This document shows positions 57,994 to 64,000 of a stretch of DNA of 64,000 nucleotides, one piece after another (position 1 is the stretch's first letter; each line of letters starts with the position of its first letter). Origin of the DNA: Candidatus Hadarchaeum sp. (lineage in GTDB: Archaea > Hadarchaeota > Hadarchaeia > Hadarchaeales > Hadarchaeaceae). The notes below the pieces were generated by a model, which did not search any database, had not been told where the DNA came from, and was given only the letters and a program-made list of their open reading frames with translations. The position numbers were made by a program, and so were the translations under genes. The stretch spans positions 43,316 through 107,315 of the forward strand of contig NZ_JAVZIN010000006.1 of the NCBI RefSeq assembly GCF_038871235.1. The letters are read 5' to 3'.

Positions 57994-58805
57994 CGATATA
58001 CAAACCAGAAATTGCTGTGATAAAAAAGGTGGCGACGCTGACCGAGACGGAAAAGCTGTTTGATCTGGAGATGCTCTCAGGAAAAGGTCTGAACCACAGG
58101 CCGGGCCAGTTCATAGAGTTGTCCGTCTTTGGCGTCGGTGAGGCCCCGATTTCCATCTCCTCAGCTCCCTCTGAGGCCCCGACCTTTCAACTCTGCGTCA
58201 GGAAAATTGGGAATGTGACCACGGCCATGCACGGAAAGAAGCCCGGCGACAAGGTCGGGATTCGAGGACCTTTCGGCAACGGCTTTGATTTAGAGGAGTT
58301 CAAGGGTTGGGATGTGATGTTGATCGGAGCTGGTCTCGGCTTGGCCCCGCTACGTTCGCTCATCTGGGCGGTTCTGAATTCAAGGAAGGACTTTGGCAAT
58401 GTTTATATCATTCATGGTGCTAGGAGCCCCCAGCTGCTTCTCTTTAAGGATGAGCTGAAGGAATGGGAGGAGAGGAGCGACGTTGAGTTTTACTCAACGG
58501 TTGATGTGGCTGATGAAACTTGGCAGGGTCACGTCGGAGTCATCAGCACAATTATACCTCAGGTGAAATTCGATCCCGAGAACACCCAAGCCGTGATTGT
58601 GGGCCCTCCCGTGGTCTACAAATTCATCATTAAAGAACTGAAGAACCGAGGCATGGCGGATAAAAATATCTGGGTGGATCTCGAGAGAAAGATGAAATGT
58701 GGGGTTGGCAAGTGTGGGCACTGTCAGATAAACAACCTCTACGTCTGTCAGGACGGTCCAGTTTTTCGATACGACCGGATTAGAAACCTACCGGAGGCGA
58801 TATGA
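57990..58805 (+). CDS. hydG: Group 3b hydrogenase gamma FAD/NAD(P) subunit
   Basis: 'GVGEAPISI', 'RGPFGNGF', 'MKCGVGKCGHC', 'VCQDGPVF'. Confidence 0.9.
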   Translation: MTIYKPEIAVIKKVATLTETEKLFDLEMLSGKGLNHRPGQFIELSVFGVGEAPISISSAPSEAPTFQLCVRKIGNVTTAMHGKKPGDKVGIRGPFGNGFDLEEFKGWDVMLIGAGLGLAPLRSLIWAVLNSRKDFGNVYIIHGARSPQLLLFKDELKEWEERSDVEFYSTVDVADETWQGHVGVISTIIPQVKFDPENTQAVIVGPPVVYKFIIKELKNRGMADKNIWVDLERKMKCGVGKCGHCQINNLYVCQDGPVFRYDRIRNLPEAI

Positions 58806-59551
58806 TGGTGAAACCAAAGGTCGCTTTCTTTGACTTTACCTGCTGTGAGGGATGCCAGCTGACCGTGTTGTCTATTGGTGATAAGCTTCTGGACCTCTTT
58901 GAGTCGGTTGAGGTGGTGAACTTTAGGGAAGCTTCCAGTTACAAAGGACAGGATTATGACATCGCCTTCGTTGAGGGGTCGATTGCCACCCCGAAGGACA
59001 TCGAGAGGATCAAGGAGATCAGAAAGAAGGCTAAGGTGGTGGTCGCTCTTGGCGCCTGCGCCCACATCGCTGGCGTCAACGCGATCAGAAATTTCCACAA
59101 CCAGCAGGAGATCAAAAAGATGGTCTATGGGGACAAGGCCTGGGTCTTCGATTCAATATTGGCCCAGCCGATTGACGCCATCATTAAGGTTGACTATTAT
59201 ATCCCTGAATGCCCGATCGACAAGGAGGAGTTCATCCGATTCGTCTCCCAGCTCCTGAACAACATGAAGCCATTTATCCCGGATTATCCCGTCTGCGTTG
59301 AATGCAAGATGAAGGGAAATGTCTGCAATTATCACAAGTCGAATCCAATCATCTGTATGGGCCCGGTGACAAGGGGAGGTTGCGGAGCAATCTGTCCCTC
59401 GGCTGGTAATGCCTGCGAGGGCTGCCGGGGTTTAGTCCCGGATGCCAATCTGGAGGCGATGGAATGGCTCCTGAATGAATACGGTATTTCCGTGGAGGAC
59501 AAATTCAGGTTCTATCGTATGTACAACGGCCTGATGGGGATGAAAAAATGA
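58802..59551 (+). CDS. hydD: Group 3b hydrogenase delta (small) subunit
   Basis: 'CCEGC', 'VEGS', 'GACA', 'PVCVEC', 'CMGPVTRGGCGAICP'. Confidence 0.9.
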   Translation: MMVKPKVAFFDFTCCEGCQLTVLSIGDKLLDLFESVEVVNFREASSYKGQDYDIAFVEGSIATPKDIERIKEIRKKAKVVVALGACAHIAGVNAIRNFHNQQEIKKMVYGDKAWVFDSILAQPIDAIIKVDYYIPECPIDKEEFIRFVSQLLNNMKPFIPDYPVCVECKMKGNVCNYHKSNPIICMGPVTRGGCGAICPSAGNACEGCRGLVPDANLEAMEWLLNEYGISVEDKFRFYRMYNGLMGMKK

Positions 59552-60879
59552 GCGACAAAGACCTAGACATATATGTCCATCATATCACCAGGGTGGAAGG
59601 GCACGGTAACATCGTGGTAGACGTGAAGAAAGGAGAGTTGAAGGAAGTTAAGCTGGAGATCATAGAGTCACCAAGGTTCTTTGAGGCAATGCTGGTCGGC
59701 CGGCGCTTCCCTGAGGCGGTCCACATCGCTTGCAGAATTTGCGGTATCTGCTCCATCTCACACACGGCTGCCTCGATAAAGGCAGTTGAGGATGCACTGG
59801 GAATTAAGCCGACTTGGCAAACGGAGACACTAAGAAAAATACTGATGGATGCCGAGATGCTGGACTCACACGCCTTGCATGTCTTCTTCCTCGCCGCCCC
59901 TGATTTCTTCGGAGTTCCCTCAGTTATCCCGATGGCCTCTACCCATCCCGATATCATTAAAACCGCGATTAACCTCAAGAAGCTGGCCCATGATATTTGT
60001 GATGTTATAGTGGGCCGGCATACTCACCCGATTTCAATGGTGGTTGACGGCTTTACCAATCTGGTGACTGAGGAACAGATGGAGGAGTTGCTGGCGAAGA
60101 TAAAACAGGCGCAGAGGGAAGATGTCCCTCGGATGCTGGATTTCTTCTCTAAGCTGAAGTTTCCTGATTTCCAGAGAAAGACCAACTATAACTGTTTGGT
60201 CAGCCACGAGGAGTATCCATTTTATGATGGGATGATAAAATCCTCCGAGGCTGGTGTCTACAAGCCCCGGGATTACAAACAAAAAATTGCCGAGCGCGTT
60301 GTGGAGCACTCCACGGCCAAGCATGCCTTTGGTCCGGTGAAACCGTACATGGTCGGAGCACTGGCTAGGTTTAACACCAATTACAAACAGTTGCTACCGG
60401 AGGCTCAGAAGGCCGCCAATCTCTTAGGGCTGGAGGCACCGAGCTATAACCCATACCACATAACCTTGGCCCAAGTGGTTGAGATCGTTCACGCTTTGGA
60501 GTCGATGTCTTGCCTCATCGAGCAGCTTTTATCCCGTGGTATCAAGGATGAGAGAACCGAGAGGCCGCCGCTCGCGGGCTGGTCGGCTAAGCTCCCCGCT
60601 GTTAAGAGGAGCTGGGGCGTTGGAGTGGTCGAGGCACCGAGGGGCTTATTGATTCATGAGTACCGGATCAACGGAAACGGCGCAATCGATGCAGCTAACT
60701 GCATCATACCCACAGCCCAGAACTTGGCTAACATCGAGGCTGACATGAGGGAATTGGTGCCTCAGATCCTCGATCGGCCAAAGGATGAAATCGTCAAGCT
60801 TCTGGAGATGTTGGTCAGGTCCTATGATCCCTGCATTTCCTGTTCTTGTCACCTGTTAAAGGTAGATTTTGTTGGTTGA
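59548..60879 (+). CDS. hydA: Group 3b [NiFe] hydrogenase alpha (large) subunit
   Basis: 'RVEGHG', L1 RICGIC, 'EAPRG', L2 DPCISCSCH with a cleavable tail. Confidence 0.93.
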   Translation: MSDKDLDIYVHHITRVEGHGNIVVDVKKGELKEVKLEIIESPRFFEAMLVGRRFPEAVHIACRICGICSISHTAASIKAVEDALGIKPTWQTETLRKILMDAEMLDSHALHVFFLAAPDFFGVPSVIPMASTHPDIIKTAINLKKLAHDICDVIVGRHTHPISMVVDGFTNLVTEEQMEELLAKIKQAQREDVPRMLDFFSKLKFPDFQRKTNYNCLVSHEEYPFYDGMIKSSEAGVYKPRDYKQKIAERVVEHSTAKHAFGPVKPYMVGALARFNTNYKQLLPEAQKAANLLGLEAPSYNPYHITLAQVVEIVHALESMSCLIEQLLSRGIKDERTERPPLAGWSAKLPAVKRSWGVGVVEAPRGLLIHEYRINGNGAIDAANCIIPTAQNLANIEADMRELVPQILDRPKDEIVKLLEMLVRSYDPCISCSCHLLKVDFVG

Positions 60880-61330
60880 GAGGAAACTCGTCGTCGGTCT
60901 GGGGAACATCCTTCTTAAGGATGATGGTGTTGGGGTGAGATGCGTCGAGTATCTGAGGAGCCAAGGACTGGTCAGGGACTTTAAAGTGATTGAGGGAGCC
61001 ACGCTGGGGTTTGATCTTCTGGAGGAGATGAAAGAATTTGATCGCGTGGTTTTGGTCGACGCCGTGGATATGGGCAAGGAACCGGGATACATAGCCAGCT
61101 TCGGGGCCGAGGAGCTGCTAAAAATTGTCGGCGAAAAAAAATTTTCTTTGCACGAGTTCAGTCTGGTTGATGTAATCCAGCTGGGCAAGCAGCTGGGCTA
61201 TCGCTTGGATAAGGTGAGGATCGTCGGCATTCAACCCAAGGAGATCGGTCACGGCGATCGTTTGAGCAAGACAGTTGAGGAGAAATTGTCCGAGCTGGCA
61301 GGTAGAGTTTTAAGCGAGATAAAAGATTAA
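60869..61330 (+). CDS. Hydrogenase maturation protease
   Basis: 'GLGNILLKDDGVG', 'VDAV', 'SLH'. Confidence 0.92.
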   Translation: MLVERKLVVGLGNILLKDDGVGVRCVEYLRSQGLVRDFKVIEGATLGFDLLEEMKEFDRVVLVDAVDMGKEPGYIASFGAEELLKIVGEKKFSLHEFSLVDVIQLGKQLGYRLDKVRIVGIQPKEIGHGDRLSKTVEEKLSELAGRVLSEIKD

Positions 61331-61344
61331 AATTTGGTGGCTAA

Positions 61345-61803
61345 ATGGCGGTAAAGCCGGAAGTCCTGAAGGGAATGGATATTTTTGAGTTTTTGAAGCG
61401 CGATGAGCTGAAGGACATCGCCGAGATGACGGAAGTAGAAGAGTTTGAGCAGGGTGACCTCATCTTTAAGGAAGGAGATCAGGCCGAGAAGATCTACATG
61501 GTGTTGGAAGGAAGGGTTTCGATTGAGCTGGAGGCTGGAGCTGGCAAGAGGATTTCAGTTTACACGTTGACTAAGGGCAGATTTTTCGGCTACCCGGCGC
61601 TGCTCCGCACCAAGAGGTACACCACCTATGCCCGCTGTTTGGATAAGGTCAAAGTCGCCGCCATAGTCGCCGATGAACTGGTCAACAAAGTCTTTAAGAA
61701 GGACTGCAGGCGGGGCTACCTCGTTATCAAGAAGGTGGCTGAGATAATTGCCAACGAGTTGTCCGACACCCGCGTACAGCTCTTATTCTTGGCCCAGCTC
61801 TGA
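61345..61803 (+). CDS. Stand-alone cyclic-nucleotide-binding domain protein
   Basis: 'IFKEGDQAEKIYMVLEGRV', 'GRFFG'; no HTH. Confidence 0.85.
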   Translation: MAVKPEVLKGMDIFEFLKRDELKDIAEMTEVEEFEQGDLIFKEGDQAEKIYMVLEGRVSIELEAGAGKRISVYTLTKGRFFGYPALLRTKRYTTYARCLDKVKVAAIVADELVNKVFKKDCRRGYLVIKKVAEIIANELSDTRVQLLFLAQL

Positions 61804-61854
61804 AAGGCTAGGGAAAAGGATAATATTACAAATGTTTTGATTTGTGGTGGAGGC

Positions 61855-62025
61855 ATGGCGAGGGATCCTGTCTGCGGGATGTTTGTGGATGAAAAAAAGG
61901 CAAAGTTTAAGTCGAGCCATGAGGGCAAGGAGTACTTTTTCTGTTCATTTGGATGTAAGAACAACTTTGACAAAAACCCGGACAGGTATCTAAAGGGTAC
62001 TCTGGCTGGTTGTTGTAGGGACTAA
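61855..62025 (+). CDS. YHS/TRASH domain metal-binding protein
   Basis: MARDPVCGM...YFFCS..C...F..NPDRY. Confidence 0.88.
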   Translation: MARDPVCGMFVDEKKAKFKSSHEGKEYFFCSFGCKNNFDKNPDRYLKGTLAGCCRD

Positions 62026-62076
62026 GCAGTAAGGTAAAATAGCAGTTGAGCCGATTCATCAAAATATGGTGTAATC

Positions 62077-62676
62077 ATGAGGATCGGCGTCATCGGTCTT
62101 CAAGGTGCGGTCAGCGAGCACATCGAAGCGGTCAAGCGAGCCCTTGCCGGGAGCGGTCTACGAGGAGAGGCCATCTGGGTGGCCCGGCCCCAGCAGCTTG
62201 AAGGGGTAGACGGCATTATCATCCCCGGCGGCGAGAGCACCACCATCGGTAAGCTCATGAAGATCACAGAGATCTTCGACATCGTGAAAAGGTTGGCCGA
62301 GTCCGGGGTGCCGGTGCTGGGGACCTGTGCCGGGATGGTAGTTCTGGCCAAGCGCGGTGATGAGCAGGTAATGAGAACTAAACAACCGCTGTTGGGTCTA
62401 ATGGATATTTCTGTCGTGAGAAACGCCTTTGGTCGACAGCGCGAGTCCTTTGAGGCAGATATTCAAATCCGGATCTTGGATGAAAGACCATTTCCCGGGG
62501 TTTTCATCAGGGCGCCTGCGGTCAAGGAGGTCTGGGGGGATGCCGAGGTCATTGCCGAGTTTATGGGTAAGATAGTGGGGGTTAAACAGAAGAACATTAT
62601 CGCGGTGGCTTTTCATCCCGAGCTGACATCGGATACTAGACTCCATGAATATTTTTTGAGAATGTGTTATGAATAG
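62077..62676 (+). CDS. pdxT: PLP synthase glutaminase subunit
   Basis: 'GLQG', PGGEST, GTCAG, RNAFGRQ.ESF, FIRAP, FHPE. Confidence 0.95.
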   Translation: MRIGVIGLQGAVSEHIEAVKRALAGSGLRGEAIWVARPQQLEGVDGIIIPGGESTTIGKLMKITEIFDIVKRLAESGVPVLGTCAGMVVLAKRGDEQVMRTKQPLLGLMDISVVRNAFGRQRESFEADIQIRILDERPFPGVFIRAPAVKEVWGDAEVIAEFMGKIVGVKQKNIIAVAFHPELTSDTRLHEYFLRMCYE

Positions 62677-62684
62677 CCCTTGGG

Positions 62685-62877
62685 GAGGTGCAAAATTCGT
62701 CTGTTTTCTGCCACTAATGGTCGCTCATGCAGGAAGCGGTCGAATTGGCAAGGCCAGTTAACAATAAGACCGTCGTATCCGAGTGAAGGAGAAGTTGAAG
62801 AGGTTACGGTGCGCGGTCGATCGGCACCTACGCAAAACAGCTTAGGCTTTTGATACCTATTTAATTTTGCACACCTC
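62685..62877. repeat. Imperfect inverted repeat bracketing ~190 bp of non-coding DNA (possible MITE)
   Basis: GAGGTGCAAAATT (62685-62697) versus AATTTTGCACACCTC (62863-62877); 10-bp perfect core GTGCAAAATT. Confidence 0.35.
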
Positions 62878-63011
62878 TATATATTAAGAAATTTAACATA
62901 ATTACCTATCAAAATAGTCGCGTTTTATAAAATGAGGAAGAGAGCAAATACTTTCGGTGACCCCTTTGGCAAAATCGCTTAAAGACATCAGAAGATTTTC
63001 ATTTAAATCCT

Positions 63012-63776
63012 ATGAAAAGGCTAAATGCTACTCAAATTAGTGAGGTTATTAAAGGTGCACAAACAGGCGCTTCATTGAGTCAATTAAGCACAAAGTTTGG
63101 GCTCCGCAAGACAACGATCTACTATCATGTCAGAGGCTACTGCCGCAAAATGGGAAAATTTGACGGAAGCCGATTGTCTGAGTGGGAAAAGGGATATCTC
63201 GTCGGGGTTTTCGTCGGCGATGGCTGTTTTAACTTTAGACAAAAGTACTATTCATACATGACTAAACTCACCTTAAACGCTAAAAGCGAACAACCAATCG
63301 TGGATTTATTAATTACTATTTTACGAAAAGCAAACACGAAACCATGGATTACTATAAATGAGAATAGATTTGAAGTTCGCGTATCCTCAAAGGGTTTTTG
63401 CTCATTTTTAAAAGGATATGCTGGTTACGGAAGTGAAAAAGGCAAATTGCGCAAGCGGCTTTTCTTAAGAGAGGGCCACGCAGAAAATTTTTTGTTCGGT
63501 GTTTTGGCTGGCCTGATAGATAGTGACGGGTGCGTCGCATTTGATAGGAAAAAGTACCTTCGTGCCATGATATCAACTAAGTCAAAAGTCCTAGCCACCA
63601 CCATGCTTCAATTGGTAAATATATTAGAAATCCACGCTACAGTTCATAGATCCTCGGGTTTCACTGTCCGTATTTCAGCACCGTTCTTAAAGACGAATGC
63701 GCAAAATATACGGTCATTGAAGTTGAAACAAAAATTTAATTGGGGGTCGCACCAAGTAGGAATGGTGGGCCCATAG
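63012..63776 (+). CDS. Free-standing HTH + two-motif LAGLIDADG endonuclease-like protein
   Basis: N-terminal HTH 'SLSQLSTKFGLRKTTIYYH', motif 1 YLVGVFVGDG, motif 2 VLAGLIDSDG; AT-rich; stop codon lies inside the tRNA. Confidence 0.85.
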   Translation: MKRLNATQISEVIKGAQTGASLSQLSTKFGLRKTTIYYHVRGYCRKMGKFDGSRLSEWEKGYLVGVFVGDGCFNFRQKYYSYMTKLTLNAKSEQPIVDLLITILRKANTKPWITINENRFEVRVSSKGFCSFLKGYAGYGSEKGKLRKRLFLREGHAENFLFGVLAGLIDSDGCVAFDRKKYLRAMISTKSKVLATTMLQLVNILEIHATVHRSSGFTVRISAPFLKTNAQNIRSLKLKQKFNWGSHQVGMVGP

Positions 63777-63883
63777 CTCAGCGGCAGATTGAATGCTAAA
63801 ACATTCAAGCCGAAAGCGTTCGCTTCGCATGGGCGACCTGAAAGGGCGAAAGGTCGCGGGTTCAAATCCCGCTGGGTCCACCA
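63767..63883 (+). tRNA. tRNA-Ala(CGC) with two introns (63788-63814 in the D arm; 63830-63844 at canonical 37/38)
   Basis: Acceptor GGGCCCA/TGGGTCC with G3:U70; both introns form BHB motifs; anticodon stem TTCGC/GCGAA with CGC at 63826-63828; T arm GCGGG-TTCAAAT-CCCGC; encoded CCA. Confidence 0.92.
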
Positions 63884-63919
63884 GAATTTTATACTTCAAA
63901 ACTTGATTTTCAAATAGTA

Positions 63920-64000
63920 GTGATAGTGATCGTGGTAGGGGCAGCAGTTTGGATTGTAGGTCAACCGTCACCAGCGGCAGAGAAACCATCGAGCATTATC
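63920..64000 (+). CDS. Possible 5' end of a membrane-anchored (binding-protein-like) gene, partial
   Basis: Frame VIVIVVGAAVWIVGQPSPAAEKPSSII is open to the window end and resembles an N-terminal anchor plus linker; start uncertain. Confidence 0.35.
   Translation, partial: MIVIVVGAAVWIVGQPSPAAEKPSSII

Noticed and set aside
63742-63754. GGGGGTCGCACCA resembling a tRNA-Gly 3' end (att remnant or split/permuted tRNA piece)
   Set aside because: Short, imperfect and not preceded by a T arm; it lies within the LAGLIDADG coding sequence.

Overview
Archaeal chromosomal segment of roughly 50% GC. Evidence for an archaeon: intron-containing tRNAs with bulge-helix-bulge (BHB) motifs, PINA ATPase, DUF835, class III signal-peptide proteins and TATA-box promoters. 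An anaerobic lineage such as Hadarchaeota is plausible but is only an inference. The main feature is a ~24 kb catabolic island (5.9-30.3 kb) that appears built for anaerobic breakdown of N-heterocycles (purines, pyrimidines or pyridines). It encodes four MtaD/SsnA-type amidohydrolases, an enamidase homolog co-oriented with an acetylene-hydratase-clade Mo/W enzyme, a PreA-like flavin/Fe-S reductase lacking the catalytic Cys next to a tungsten AOR, a cyclic amidohydrolase, an atypical ureohydrolase, DUF1116, a cyclase, RidA, a Cys-less thiolase with DUF35, MobA, MoaD and a BMP nucleoside-type binding protein whose likely permeases lie ~8 kb away. The rest holds a pilin-like operon, housekeeping genes (prs, trm11, rnz, glmM, trxB, pdxT), a 5xPAS-DUF835 sensor, SudAB/NfnAB and a group 3b [NiFe] hydrogenase with hypCD. 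Features missed by the ORF track: a thioredoxin pseudogene, tRNA-Gly(TCC) with a D-loop intron and C33, tRNA-Ala(CGC) with two introns overlapped by an HTH-LAGLIDADG gene, and a 32-aa membrane microprotein. All protein family calls rest on recognised motifs, not database searches.
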